In this document: one piece after another, positions 38,654 through 48,624 of the stretch
How positions within the stretch are numbered: position 1 is the first letter of the stretch
Layout of the letters: each line of letters opens with the position of its first letter
Source of the DNA: an uncultured Actinomycetes bacterium
GTDB lineage: Bacteria; Actinomycetota; UBA4738; HRBIN12
Length of the DNA stretch: 64,000 nucleotides
Assembly: GCA_963704725.1 (NCBI GenBank)
Contig: OY969934.1
Coordinates: 2,816,001-2,880,000, forward strand
Reading direction: 5' to 3'
The notes under the pieces: model-generated
What the model was told of the DNA's origin: nothing
Databases searched by the model: none
Seen by the model: the letters and a program-made list of their open reading frames with translations, nothing else
Made by a program: the position numbers and the translations under genes

Positions 38654-39832
38654 TCAGGCCACCTCGACACCGTCGTCGACGGCGAGCACGCGCGACTCGG
38701 AGCGGGCGACCCGGCGGCACAGGTCCACCATCCGTTCCGTGCTCCGCTCCAGCGTGAAGCGGCGGGTGAAGATCTCCCTGCCCCGCGCGCCGAGCCCGGC
38801 GGCCCGGGCCGGATCCGCCAGGAGCGAGGAGATCGCCGAGCCGAGCGACGGCGGATCGCGCGGCGGGACGAGCACCGCGCAGCGACCGTCCTCGACCACC
38901 TCGCGGACCGGATCGAGCCGGCTGGCCACGATGGGCACGCCGAGCGCCATGGCCTCGAGCACCGCCCCGCCCAGTCCCTCCCACAGCGAGGGGAACGCGA
39001 ACAGGTCGGACGCCGCGAGGACGTCCGGCAGGTCGTCCCGGTGGCCGAGGAAGCGCACGGCGCCGTCGAAGGGTGCGGCCAGCGAGCGCAGGTGCGCCGT
39101 CTCCTCACCCTCCCGGCCGGCGAGCAGCAGGACGGCGGCGGGGTGCGCGGCGAGGACGGCCGGCATGGCCTCGAGCAGGAAGCGGTGGCCCTTCTGGAAC
39201 TCCTGCCGACCCACGGCGACCAGGACCGGTGCGTCCGGCTCCAGGCCGAGCCGCTCGCGAGCGCGGGCCCGCCGCTCCGGTCCCGGCTCCCCGAGCCGTC
39301 GCGGGTCGCGGCCGCGCTCCACGACCGTGATGCGGGACGGCGGCACGCGGAGCGTGGCGGCGGCCCACGTCTTCACCGCGCCCGTGATCGCGTGGAAGTG
39401 CGAGGTGAGATGTCGCGAGGTCCACCCGTCGACCGCCCGGATCCCCCGCAGGGCGACCGGACGGACGTGCGGATCCGCCATCCGCTCGGGCGTGTACGAC
39501 TGGTTCACGAGGCTCGTGAGCACGGGGATCCCCGAGCCCGCCGCGGCGAACCGTCCGGTGAGGGTGGCGGCCGCGAGGGTGGTGTGCACGAGGGACGGCG
39601 ACGTTTCGCGGATCAGCCGGCGCAGGGCTCGAACCCGGGCCGCGGGCGGACCGGGCAGGAACCGGACGTCGAAGCCCGCGGCGAGGACGTCGTCCTCGAC
39701 GCCGCCGGGGCGGCGCCGCAGGCAGGCCACGACGGGCTCGATGCCGGCCTCGGCCAGACCGGGCAGGAGCTCGGCTAGCGAGCGCTCCGCGCCGCCGAAC
39801 CCCAGCCCGTCGATGACGCTGAGCATCCGCAC
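38654..39832 (-). CDS. Glycosyltransferase family 4
   Basis: GFGGAE, VGRQEFQKG, PSLWEGLGGAVLEAMA. Confidence 0.9.
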   Translation of the reverse strand: MRMLSVIDGLGFGGAERSLAELLPGLAEAGIEPVVACLRRRPGGVEDDVLAAGFDVRFLPGPPAARVRALRRLIRETSPSLVHTTLAAATLTGRFAAAGSGIPVLTSLVNQSYTPERMADPHVRPVALRGIRAVDGWTSRHLTSHFHAITGAVKTWAAATLRVPPSRITVVERGRDPRRLGEPGPERRARARERLGLEPDAPVLVAVGRQEFQKGHRFLLEAMPAVLAAHPAAVLLLAGREGEETAHLRSLAAPFDGAVRFLGHRDDLPDVLAASDLFAFPSLWEGLGGAVLEAMALGVPIVASRLDPVREVVEDGRCAVLVPPRDPPSLGSAISSLLADPARAAGLGARGREIFTRRFTLERSTERMVDLCRRVARSESRVLAVDDGVEVA

Positions 39833-39833
39833 C

Positions 39834-40754
39834 TCAGACCCCTCCTCGGACCCGGTGCACGGTGGGATGGAGTCCGCTGGTGATCGTGCGGAACCGGTCG
39901 AGCGTCGTGGTCGAGTTCACCCGGAGTCGGGAGATCGCGAACGGGTCGCTCGGGTGGAGGGAGCTGAGCCGGTGGTCGAACAGGAACGCGGCCTCGTAGC
40001 CGAGCTCGCCCAGGATCGTCGCCGCCCGAACGTCGCGGTCTCCGTCCGGGTAGGCGAACGCCCGGGGTTCGTGACCCAGCGCCTCGGTGAGCATCCGATG
40101 CGACGTCTCGAGCTCGCTCCGGCAGACCCGGTCCGAGCAACGGCCGAGGCACGGGTGCGACCACGTGTGGTTGCCGACGGCGATCCCGGACGACTCGAGC
40201 GCCAGGAGCTCCGCGCTCGTGAGCTGGCGCATCGGCGGCGCGGCCGTCACGGCGGTCCGGCGGAGCTCCTCGACGGCGGCGAGGCGGCGCTCGTCGGGCA
40301 TCCGCTTGAGCGCCCGGACGACGTCGGGCGGCGCCACCGGGGGCAGCCCGGTCACGGTGCCCCCGTGGCTCGCCAGCTCGACCACCTCGCTCCACCAGAA
40401 CGGGCGGTCCGATCCGACGAGGCCGGCGACGACGAACACGACGGCCGGAAGCCCGCGCTCCACGAGCATCGGCATCGCGACGTCCACGACGCTTCGGTGG
40501 CCGTCGTCGAACGTGATGAGGACGGCCCGCCGAGGCAGCGCCGGCCCCGAGCGCATCGAGTCGAGCACCTGCTCGAGCGAGACCGGGTAGGACGTCCTGC
40601 GCAGGTGGTCGAGGTGGCGGCCGAAGCGCTCGGCGTCGTCGATCCCGTGGTAGGCGAGAACGGCCAGCCGCCGCGCCGCCCGCCAGTCGAAGACCGGCTG
40701 CGCCGGGCTCCGCGAGAGCACGGCGTCCAGCCACACCTCGGCGCGAGGGTTCAC
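39834..40754 (-). CDS. Polysaccharide deacetylase family protein
   Basis: LAYHG, ITFDDG, GNHTWSHP, FAYPDG. Confidence 0.88.
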   Translation of the reverse strand: MNPRAEVWLDAVLSRSPAQPVFDWRAARRLAVLAYHGIDDAERFGRHLDHLRRTSYPVSLEQVLDSMRSGPALPRRAVLITFDDGHRSVVDVAMPMLVERGLPAVVFVVAGLVGSDRPFWWSEVVELASHGGTVTGLPPVAPPDVVRALKRMPDERRLAAVEELRRTAVTAAPPMRQLTSAELLALESSGIAVGNHTWSHPCLGRCSDRVCRSELETSHRMLTEALGHEPRAFAYPDGDRDVRAATILGELGYEAAFLFDHRLSSLHPSDPFAISRLRVNSTTTLDRFRTITSGLHPTVHRVRGGV

Positions 40755-41623
40755 CCGACCGCCCTCAGACCCGCCGGCGTGTCGCCCGGCCGCCACAGCG
40801 GTTGGCCGAGCCAGGCCTCCAGGCGCGCCACGTCGGCCCACATCGGGGTCAGCACGTCGTCGGGGATGGGGGCTCGCGAGGCCTCGAGCCGGCGGGCGTA
40901 GGTGTCGCCCTCCCGCGCGAACACCCGCTTGGCCACGCGCCGGAGCGGCTTCGGCACCCGGGCGATGCGGCGGGAGTTCACCAGACCCCGGCTCTTGGCC
41001 CAGGCCATGGCGCGCGTCCACTGGGCCTTCTCGGCGTTCACGTTGTGCGACCCTTCGGGCAGCGGGCGATCGGACAGCGACAGGAAGCGCAGGACCTCCG
41101 ACCACGCCGGCGCCGGCTGCCTCACGAGGTCCTCGAACCGGACGACGAGGATCCGCTCCCGGGGGAACCGGTCGACGTAGGGCTGCAGGCAGGCGGCGTA
41201 GCTGCTGTGGCCGAGGTACGGGTTGCCCGGCTCGCGCAGCGCCTCGACGAGCGACCGGGACTCGCGCCGGCGCTGGACCTCGTGGCGGTAGTGGGATCGG
41301 ATCCGCTCGACGGGGTGCCGGATGATGTAGATGAGGCGCGCGGACGGGATGAGCTCCGCCATCCGCTCGGCGGCGTCCGGCGCGTATACGGGGCTCGTGT
41401 AGTTCTGGGAGGCCTCGCCGAGGATCTGCTCGGGCGTCGCCTCCGCGAACTTGCTCTCGTACCACGCCCGGCCGTTCGGCCACAGATCGCTGAAGAAGCG
41501 CGTCTCCTTGGGGTGGGCCATGCACGTCTCCGGCTGCTCGTCGAGCCACCGGAACAGGGACGTGGTGGCGGACTTCATCGCCCCGATGATCACGAAGTCC
41601 GGCATGCGGGCCGGCTCAGCCAT
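40751..41623 (-). CDS. Sulfotransferase
   Basis: PDFVIIGAMKSATTSL PAPS loop, KETRFF, GEAS..Y, IRHPVERIRSHY. Confidence 0.88.
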   Translation of the reverse strand: MAEPARMPDFVIIGAMKSATTSLFRWLDEQPETCMAHPKETRFFSDLWPNGRAWYESKFAEATPEQILGEASQNYTSPVYAPDAAERMAELIPSARLIYIIRHPVERIRSHYRHEVQRRRESRSLVEALREPGNPYLGHSSYAACLQPYVDRFPRERILVVRFEDLVRQPAPAWSEVLRFLSLSDRPLPEGSHNVNAEKAQWTRAMAWAKSRGLVNSRRIARVPKPLRRVAKRVFAREGDTYARRLEASRAPIPDDVLTPMWADVARLEAWLGQPLWRPGDTPAGLRAVG

Positions 41624-42860
41624 GCTCCGCCGCCTCCATGCCTCCGCCGGACCAGCCCGCGGCGAGGTTGACCGGACCGAACCCCTCGGGGAGGGATCCG
41701 CTCCCGTTTCGGTCGACGACGACCGAGCGGTCGAGCTGCCACCGGTCGCGAACCGTGCCGTCCTCCGACAGGATCGCGACCACCGGGAAGTAGATGCCCG
41801 ACCGCAGCGGGATCGGCCGGATCGTGCACGTGATCTCGCCCGACGGCTTGTGGAGCGCGAGCGACGGAGACGCGGCGGCCCCGATCTCGTGGCCGCCCTC
41901 GTCGATGAAGCCGACGCAGAAGATCGCGCGGTCCAATTCCGAGTCCTCGTAGGCGATCCGGAAGTCGATCTCGGTCCCGCCCTGCGCGACCTCTCCGACG
42001 TGCACCTGCTCCACGCGCACGCCGCCCATCCCCCACCGGTTCATGCCGCGCTGCATCATCAGCTTCTTGACCTGCCCCTTCGCCCGGACCTCCTCCGGCG
42101 CCTCGCGACGCTCCATGGCGCGGCCGTACTCGAGCAGGATCGAAGGCGTGTCGCCGTCGCTCACGACCTTCCCGTGGTCGAGCCACACGGCGCGATCCGT
42201 CATGCTCCGGACGAGCCCGAGGTTGTGGGAGACGAACAGGAGCGTGCCGCCGGAGGCCCGGTACCCCTCGAGCCACGTCGCGCACTTCTTCTGGAAGTTG
42301 GCGTCACCCACCGCCAGCACCTCGTCGATGAGGAGCACCTCGGCGTCGAGCGTGGTGATGGCCGCGAACCCGATCCGCGTGATCATCCCGGCCGAGAAGC
42401 GCTTCAGCGGCGTATCGAGCTGCTCCGTGATCTCCGCGAACTCGATCACGCGGTCGATACGGCTGCGCATGGCTCGGCGGCCGAGGCCGTGCATCGCGCC
42501 CAGGAGGAAGATGTTCTCCCGGCCCGTGAGGTCGGGGTGCAGGCCGACGACGACGTCGATGAGCGCGGCCACCCGGCCTCTCGTGGCGACGTGGCCGGTC
42601 GTCGGTGCCGTCACACCGGCGATGACCTTCAGCATCGTCGTCTTCCCGGCCCCGTTGTGACCGACGATCCCCACGGAGGATCCGGCGGGGAAGGTCAGCG
42701 AGACGTCGTGGAGCGCGTCGAACGTGTCGCGCGCCCACCAGTTCGGGAACGTCCGGCGGACGAGCGAGTCGATCGGGAACGGCAGCATCTCGCGGACGCG
42801 GGCTCGGCCCACCCCGACCCGGTAGGTCTTGGTCACGGATTCCAGCGTGAGGAGATCCAT
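41616..42860 (-). CDS. wzt: Polysaccharide ABC exporter ATPase with C-terminal Wzt-like domain
   Basis: GHNGAGKTT, LTGRENI, FSAGM, LLIDEVLAVGD..FQKKC, VSH. Confidence 0.88.
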   Translation of the reverse strand: MDLLTLESVTKTYRVGVGRARVREMLPFPIDSLVRRTFPNWWARDTFDALHDVSLTFPAGSSVGIVGHNGAGKTTMLKVIAGVTAPTTGHVATRGRVAALIDVVVGLHPDLTGRENIFLLGAMHGLGRRAMRSRIDRVIEFAEITEQLDTPLKRFSAGMITRIGFAAITTLDAEVLLIDEVLAVGDANFQKKCATWLEGYRASGGTLLFVSHNLGLVRSMTDRAVWLDHGKVVSDGDTPSILLEYGRAMERREAPEEVRAKGQVKKLMMQRGMNRWGMGGVRVEQVHVGEVAQGGTEIDFRIAYEDSELDRAIFCVGFIDEGGHEIGAAASPSLALHKPSGEITCTIRPIPLRSGIYFPVVAILSEDGTVRDRWQLDRSVVVDRNGSGSLPEGFGPVNLAAGWSGGGMEAAEHG

Positions 42861-43633
42861 CAGATCACGTCCGCGAACCGCGACTTGGTTGCGCCGAAGT
42901 ACCACACGCCGATCACGAGCGCCACGACCGCGCCGACGATCGAGGGCCACAGGTCGCCGAGGTCGGGCGCGTGGCCGCCGATCAGCACCCGGCGGAAGGA
43001 CATGATGAGCCCGGTCATCGGGTTGGCCCTGTAGAACGGCAGGAGGCTGTGCGGGACCTTGCTCAACGGGTACATCACCGGGGTCAGGTAGAGCCACATC
43101 TGCGTGATCAGCGGCACCGCGAGGCGGATGTCGCGGGCGAACACGTTCAGCGCGCTCCCGAACAGGATCAGCCCCGTGGCGAGCACGATCTCGATCAGGA
43201 GCAGGGGGAAGGCCCACAGCGACGTGAGTGGGAGACCGATGCCGCTCGCGATCACGACGATGATGAAGAGGACCACCGTGATGGCGAGGTCGATGAGCCC
43301 CGTGCCGATCATCGACAGCGGGATCGACGCCCGTGGGAAGGCCAGGCGCGTCACCATCGTCTGCTGCATCGCCACGCTCGGCACACCGGCCGTGAGCACG
43401 CTCGAGAAGAACGACCAGGGGGCGAGGCCGGAGAGCGCGAACAGGTAGTACGGCGTATCGCCCGACTCGACCCCGAGCGCCTTGTGGAACACCACCGTCG
43501 CCACCAACAGGCTGATGAGCGGTGGGATCACCGCCCATCCGAGACCGGCCAGCGACTGCCGGTACCTGAGCTGGTACTGCCGTCGGACGAAGGACAGCAC
43601 CAGGGTGCGTCCCCTCCACGTCTCAGCGATCAT
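42860..43633 (-). CDS. wzm: Polysaccharide ABC exporter permease
   Basis: RYRQSLAG.GWAVI.P, FARDI, YLTPVMYP, NPMT. Confidence 0.88.
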   Translation of the reverse strand: MIAETWRGRTLVLSFVRRQYQLRYRQSLAGLGWAVIPPLISLLVATVVFHKALGVESGDTPYYLFALSGLAPWSFFSSVLTAGVPSVAMQQTMVTRLAFPRASIPLSMIGTGLIDLAITVVLFIIVVIASGIGLPLTSLWAFPLLLIEIVLATGLILFGSALNVFARDIRLAVPLITQMWLYLTPVMYPLSKVPHSLLPFYRANPMTGLIMSFRRVLIGGHAPDLGDLWPSIVGAVVALVIGVWYFGATKSRFADVI

Positions 43634-43666
43634 CCATCGACCTCGTCTCTCGTGTCGTGCGAACGT

Positions 43667-44773
43667 TCATCGGTGTCGCCCGATCAGGTGGATCCAGTGC
43701 AGCGGGACGCTCCACCTCGCCAGGTAGGACCCGCGAGCGCGGGCCCGGAGGAACTCGCGGCTGGGCAGCAGCAGCTCGGCAAGGTACACGGTCTTGGCCC
43801 GCACGCCGGGGATCGCCCTCGTCGCGGCCAGCGCCATCCCTCCGGCGCGGCGGCGCTCCGTGTAGGCACGCATCGCCCGGCGCTCGGCGCGGCGAGGGGC
43901 CCGCGCCGCGATGCGCCGGGCCGGGGCGGGCAGGTCGGCCTCCAGCTCCCGCCCCGCCACGGCGAAGGCGTGGGAGAAGGCGGCGCCGAGGTGCCACCGC
44001 TCCGCCCAGGACCCGACCCGGTCCCAGTCCACGCCGGGGTGCGCCGCCGTCTGGACCACGTCGCACAGGGGCAGCAGCAGGGGCGGCGACGCTCCGAGCC
44101 CCGCGTGCAGCGCGGCGTTGACGAGCATCCCGGTGCGGTCGAGCCGCTCCAGACGCCGCCCGGCGAGGTCGAAGGTCTCCGTGTGCCGGCACAGCTCGGC
44201 CGGGTCGAGCCACAGGCCGAACGGGCCGAGGACGAGCGTCCGGTGCAGGTCCACCTGCATCCCGGACGCGTCCGAGTGCGTGGCCGCCTTCCCGAACCGC
44301 TCATCGAAGCCGTGCCGAGGTTCGGGAAGGTCGCGGTGGTATCCGTTCGCCTCGAGCACGTCGCACGCGCGGTGCCAGTCCGCGGTCGAGACGAGCAGGT
44401 CCAGGTCGCCGAACGGGCGCATGGACGGGTCGGGGTAGACCGCGTGCGCCACCGCCGGTCCCTTCAGCACGACGACCCGGATCCCGGCGGTCTCGAAGGC
44501 GGCCGCGAGACGCAGGAGGCGCTGCTCGATCGTGAGCGCCTGCACCATCGCCGCCTGGTGGTGCGTAAGCAGACCGTCGACCTGCTCGTCGGAGAGCTCC
44601 ACCGAGCCCGATTCACAGGCGACCATGGCCACCCCCGTGAGCCGATGCAGGTCGAGCCCGGACAGCACGAGCGGCCAGCGGTCGGCCGTGACGCGGACGG
44701 GCTCGGCCGAGCCTCGAAGGCCCGCCGCGGCGATGCGACGGACCTCGGGCGCCGCGACCGGCGCGTCGCTCAC
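43667..44773 (-). CDS. Uncharacterised nucleotidyltransferase (NTP_transf_5-like)
   Basis: VVLKGPAVAH.VYP....RPFGDLDLLV, VDLH. Confidence 0.85.
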   Translation of the reverse strand: MSDAPVAAPEVRRIAAAGLRGSAEPVRVTADRWPLVLSGLDLHRLTGVAMVACESGSVELSDEQVDGLLTHHQAAMVQALTIEQRLLRLAAAFETAGIRVVVLKGPAVAHAVYPDPSMRPFGDLDLLVSTADWHRACDVLEANGYHRDLPEPRHGFDERFGKAATHSDASGMQVDLHRTLVLGPFGLWLDPAELCRHTETFDLAGRRLERLDRTGMLVNAALHAGLGASPPLLLPLCDVVQTAAHPGVDWDRVGSWAERWHLGAAFSHAFAVAGRELEADLPAPARRIAARAPRRAERRAMRAYTERRRAGGMALAATRAIPGVRAKTVYLAELLLPSREFLRARARGSYLARWSVPLHWIHLIGRHR

Positions 44774-45048
44774 GATCCACCCCCCCGAACCAGCCACCCC
44801 GCCGACTCGAGCTCGGCCACGAGACCCGCGACGCGCTCGTCGATCTCGGGCCGTCCGACCTCGAACTCGTCCGCGAGCGCGTCGGCGATCTCCGAGAGCG
44901 TCCGCGGCCGGTCCAGGAGCAGCCAGGCCGCCGACGCCGGCAAGGACAGGGCGTGGACGTCGGATCGCTCCGCGGTGGTCAGCACCACCTCGGCGCCGGA
45001 CCGCCTCCACAGCGCGGTCGCCGATCGACCGTAGAAGGGTCCCGTCAA
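44770..45048 (-). CDS. PqqD-family/RiPP recognition element protein
   Basis: WRRSGAEVVL...HALS..A.AAW.LLD.PRTLSEIA..LA.EF...L...GWL; TTG start overlapping upstream stop. Confidence 0.75.
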   Translation of the reverse strand: MTGPFYGRSATALWRRSGAEVVLTTAERSDVHALSLPASAAWLLLDRPRTLSEIADALADEFEVGRPEIDERVAGLVAELESAGWLVRGGGS

Positions 45049-46352
45049 AGCCGCACCACGTTCGAGCGGCGATCTGAGCCGAACGCGTTCCGTGCGTCGA
45101 AGAGCAGCGCGGCGTGATCCGCGATCCAGTCGAGGTCGTAGGCGCGGTGCGGCGTGAGCAGCGCCACGCAGTCGGCGGCGGCGATCTCGCGCTGGGTGAG
45201 CTCGACGCTGGACATGACCGTCCCGTTCGCCTGCACCCGGGGGGCGTGCGGGTCGTGGTACACCACGTCCGCGCCGCGACGCCGCAGCAGCGCGATCACC
45301 TTCAGCGATGGGGACTCCCGCACATCGCCCACGTCGGGCTTGTACGCCACGCCCAGCACCAGGACGCGCGCACCCTTCACGGCCTTCCCCGCCTCGTTCA
45401 GCGCGTCGCCGATCCGAGTCGCGACGTGCCGCGGCATGTGCGCGTTGACATCCTGCGCCTGCTCGAGGATCCGGAACTGGTGGCCGACGTCGCGGCGGAC
45501 CTGCCAGGCCAGGTACGCGGGATCCAGGGGGATGCAGTGCCCGCCCACGCCGGGGCCCGGGCTGAAGGGCATGAACCCGAAGGGCTTCGTCGCGGCCGCC
45601 TCCAGGACCTCCCAGACGTCGATGCCCATCTCGTGGCACAGGGTCGCCATCTCGTTCACGAGCGCGATGTTCACCTGCCGGAAGGTGTTCTCCAGCAGCT
45701 TGGACAGCTCGGCGGCCCGGGACGAGGAGACGACGACGACCTTCTCCACGAGCTGCTCGTAGAACAGCGCCGCCAGACCCGTGGACTCCGGTGAGATGCC
45801 GCCCACGACCTTCGGGGTGTTCCGCAGCCCGAACACCTCGTTGCCCGGGTCGATCCGCTCGGGCGAGTAGGCCAGCGCGAAGTCACGGCCGGCGGCCAGG
45901 CCCGTGCTCTCCAGGATGGGCCGGACGAGCTCCTCGGTCGTGCCCGGATAGGTGGTGGACTCGAGGACGATCAGGGACCCGGGCGTGAGCCGCTCGGCGA
46001 CGTCGCGCGTGGCCCGTTCCACGAACGAGAGGTCCGGGGTGTGGTCGCGGACCGGCGTCGGCACGCAGATCAGGACCACGTCGGCCCCCTCGATGGCGGC
46101 GGCGTCGACGGAGAACGTCGCGTTCCCGGCCTCGATCCCGGCCTGGAAGAGCTTCGGGTCCACGCCGGGGACCGAGAGCACGCCCGCGGCGAGGTCGGCG
46201 GTTCGACCCGCATCCGTGTCGACGCCCACCACCCGGAACCCCGCCTCCGATGCCGCGGACGCGAGGGAGAGGCCGACGTAGCCCTGACCGATGACGGCGA
46301 CGCTCGCACGCCGGGAGACGATCCGGCGCCGAAGGGATGCTGTTGCTCTCAT
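45045..46352 (-). CDS. Nucleotide-sugar (UDP-HexNAc) 6-dehydrogenase
   Basis: GQGYVG, CVPTP, ESTTYPGTT, SPERIDPGN, KLLENTFR.VNIA, GVGGHCIPLDP. Confidence 0.9.
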   Translation of the reverse strand: MRATASLRRRIVSRRASVAVIGQGYVGLSLASAASEAGFRVVGVDTDAGRTADLAAGVLSVPGVDPKLFQAGIEAGNATFSVDAAAIEGADVVLICVPTPVRDHTPDLSFVERATRDVAERLTPGSLIVLESTTYPGTTEELVRPILESTGLAAGRDFALAYSPERIDPGNEVFGLRNTPKVVGGISPESTGLAALFYEQLVEKVVVVSSSRAAELSKLLENTFRQVNIALVNEMATLCHEMGIDVWEVLEAAATKPFGFMPFSPGPGVGGHCIPLDPAYLAWQVRRDVGHQFRILEQAQDVNAHMPRHVATRIGDALNEAGKAVKGARVLVLGVAYKPDVGDVRESPSLKVIALLRRRGADVVYHDPHAPRVQANGTVMSSVELTQREIAAADCVALLTPHRAYDLDWIADHAALLFDARNAFGSDRRSNVVRL

Positions 46353-47407
46353 CGAACGACCTCCGAGCCGATGTCCGTTGCAGAGATGTCGGCCGGACCC
46401 TCGTCGAGGGCCGGCGGTCGGTGCGGCAGGGCCCTCGCGACCCGCCGGCGAAGCTTGCGGCCGCGGACACGCGCGCCGTGTGCCGCCCGTCGGAGCTGGG
46501 TGGCAAGGCGGTACCGGCCGGCCGCGAGCCGGGCGGCCACGCCCGGTCGCGGCGCGGCGCGCTCGTACCCGAGCTCGTCCAGCAGGTCCCCCGCGAGCGC
46601 CTCGAAGACGGCGACGTCCCTGGGCGCGAGATCCCGCCGCCAGTCGCGCAGCCCCGCCGTCGGCGGCTTGTACAGGTTCCCGTGGTGCTCGTGGTGCGAC
46701 AGGCTCGGGACGAGCCGGTCGGCGCGCTCGTGGTAGCGGAGCATGCGCTCGTCGAAGTCCAGGCCGACGAACGCGCACACGTCTTGCAGGACGCGCTCCG
46801 GCGCCGCGACGAGCTCCTCGTACCGGACCTCCAGGTACCGCTCCGGCCCGAGGCGCGCCCCCACCGCGCGCCCGACCCGGACGAACCGATCCCAGTACAC
46901 GGCCGCCTGCCCCAACGTCCTCGATCCGAAGTCCGCGGCGAGGTACGACAGGGCGACGTCGCGGCCGTCCCGGATGAGGTGGACGAACCTGGCCTCGGGG
47001 AACGTCGACGCGAGGAGGTCGATGTTGAGCACGTAGCTGGGCGTCTTGTCGCCGTAGCGGGTCTTGCCGTGATGCCGGGCGTAGGTCGCGAAGACGGTTC
47101 GGATCGCCGACGGGACGTCGGGCGGCGCCTCGGCGACGAAGGCGGCCCGCACCTCGTCGCCGGGGAGCCCCCACCGGCGGAAGGCCCAATGATCGAGCAG
47201 GTCCCGGCCGAAGGCGGCGAGGTCGAACCCCGCCTCCGTCTCGTACCGGCGCCTCCGCTGGGCGAGCTGCACGACGAAGTGCGACTCGTTGGGGATGGCC
47301 ATGTCCGGGTGCGCGTCGAGCATGGCCCGCAGGAGCGTGGTGCCGGAGCGGCCGCGCGCGACGACGAACGGGAAAGACCGCTCGGGGGCCAGGGCGTCCG
47401 GGGTCAC
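46349..47407 (-). CDS. Sulfotransferase (Sulfotransfer_3-like)
   Basis: FVVARGRSGTTLL...LDAHP, GDKTP, HLIRDGRDVALS, RYEELV. Confidence 0.88.
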   Translation of the reverse strand: MTPDALAPERSFPFVVARGRSGTTLLRAMLDAHPDMAIPNESHFVVQLAQRRRRYETEAGFDLAAFGRDLLDHWAFRRWGLPGDEVRAAFVAEAPPDVPSAIRTVFATYARHHGKTRYGDKTPSYVLNIDLLASTFPEARFVHLIRDGRDVALSYLAADFGSRTLGQAAVYWDRFVRVGRAVGARLGPERYLEVRYEELVAAPERVLQDVCAFVGLDFDERMLRYHERADRLVPSLSHHEHHGNLYKPPTAGLRDWRRDLAPRDVAVFEALAGDLLDELGYERAAPRPGVAARLAAGRYRLATQLRRAAHGARVRGRKLRRRVARALPHRPPALDEGPADISATDIGSEVVR

Positions 47408-48624
47408 GCACCCTCCACGCTCGCCGGGGGCGGGATGCCGTCCTCCCGAAGTCCGGTTCCGAGCGCCGCCATGCGCCGGCGGAGCCCGGCGATCACGAAG
47501 AGCTGCCCGATCACGACCAACAACGTGACCATCGCCACCGCAACGACGATCACGCCCACCGAGGACCCGCCCTCTGAGGCCCGGGTCGACCGCGGAGCGG
47601 ACCCCACCTCGGACGCGTGGTCCTTCCCCTGTGGGGCCGAGCCGCCGGACGGCGCCACCGGCGAGCCCGTGGGCGCAGGTGCCTGGCCCCCCTTGCCGTC
47701 GCTCCCCTGCGATCCCGACCCCCCCTGCGGCGCGGTCGAAGGCGCAGGCCGGCCGGTGATCCACGCCTGGACGTAGGGGATCACCTGGTCGAGGATCTTG
47801 TTGCCGCCGCCGTAGCCGGCCCCGTGGCCCCCCTGCGCGATCAGCACGTGGTTCTCGACCCCGGCCGCGGCGAGGGCATCGCCCATCGACTGCGCCTGAT
47901 CGATCGGGACGATCTCGTCGGAGCCGTTCACGAGGACCATCGGCGGATCGGAGGGGTCGACGTGGACGATGGGCGAAGCCGCCCGCGCCGTGTCGGCGCA
48001 TGACGGGCCACCCGAGCACCCGAGGAACGTCCGTACGGCCGACCGCATGACCTCGTCGGACGAGTCCACCAGAGGACGCAGGTCCATCATCCCGGACCAG
48101 GACGCCACGACGGACACCCGGGCCCCCTGGTCGAGCGGCCCGGCTCCCATCGCGGCCACGAGCGCCGCCAGATGTCCGCCGGACGAGACGCCGATCGCCC
48201 CGAGCTCGCTCGGATCCACCTGGTACTGCGCGGCGTGTGAGCGGACCCATCGGACCGCGGACCGGACGTCCCGCACGGCGGCGGGGTACGGGAACTCGAG
48301 CGCGGACCGGTACTCGATCGAGAAGGCCGCGATGCCGTGCTGGGCGAAGTACGCCGGCACGTCCGCGTGCTTGGTCTTGTCGATCTCCACCCACTTGCCG
48401 CCCGGGATCACGATCACCGCGGGGAACGGTCCATCGCCGGGCGGCAGGTAGACGTCGAGCGCCAGCGGGATACCGCCGTGCGTCGCGAAGTGGATGTCGG
48501 ACTCGACCTGGACCTCGGTCTGGGCCGCGCTCCGTCCCGGGATCGCGAGGAGCGCGACGAGCACCGTCGCCGCCGCGACCCTCGACGCCGTCCGGCTCAC
48601 CGCCGCGACCCTCCTCACTCCCAT
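47404..48624 (-). CDS. Secreted, C-terminally membrane-anchored esterase (HSL/BD-FAE-like alpha/beta hydrolase)
   Basis: Signal peptide; LDVYLP, PGGKW, GVSSGGHL, DEIVP, GGHG; C-terminal TM followed by RRR. Confidence 0.82.
   Translation of the reverse strand: MGVRRVAAVSRTASRVAAATVLVALLAIPGRSAAQTEVQVESDIHFATHGGIPLALDVYLPPGDGPFPAVIVIPGGKWVEIDKTKHADVPAYFAQHGIAAFSIEYRSALEFPYPAAVRDVRSAVRWVRSHAAQYQVDPSELGAIGVSSGGHLAALVAAMGAGPLDQGARVSVVASWSGMMDLRPLVDSSDEVMRSAVRTFLGCSGGPSCADTARAASPIVHVDPSDPPMVLVNGSDEIVPIDQAQSMGDALAAAGVENHVLIAQGGHGAGYGGGNKILDQVIPYVQAWITGRPAPSTAPQGGSGSQGSDGKGGQAPAPTGSPVAPSGGSAPQGKDHASEVGSAPRSTRASEGGSSVGVIVVAVAMVTLLVVIGQLFVIAGLRRRMAALGTGLREDGIPPPASVEGA

Noticed and set aside
21952-45048. 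Lasso peptide cluster
   Set aside because: No asparagine-synthetase-like cyclase, transglutaminase-like B2 or typical short lasso precursor seen in the window
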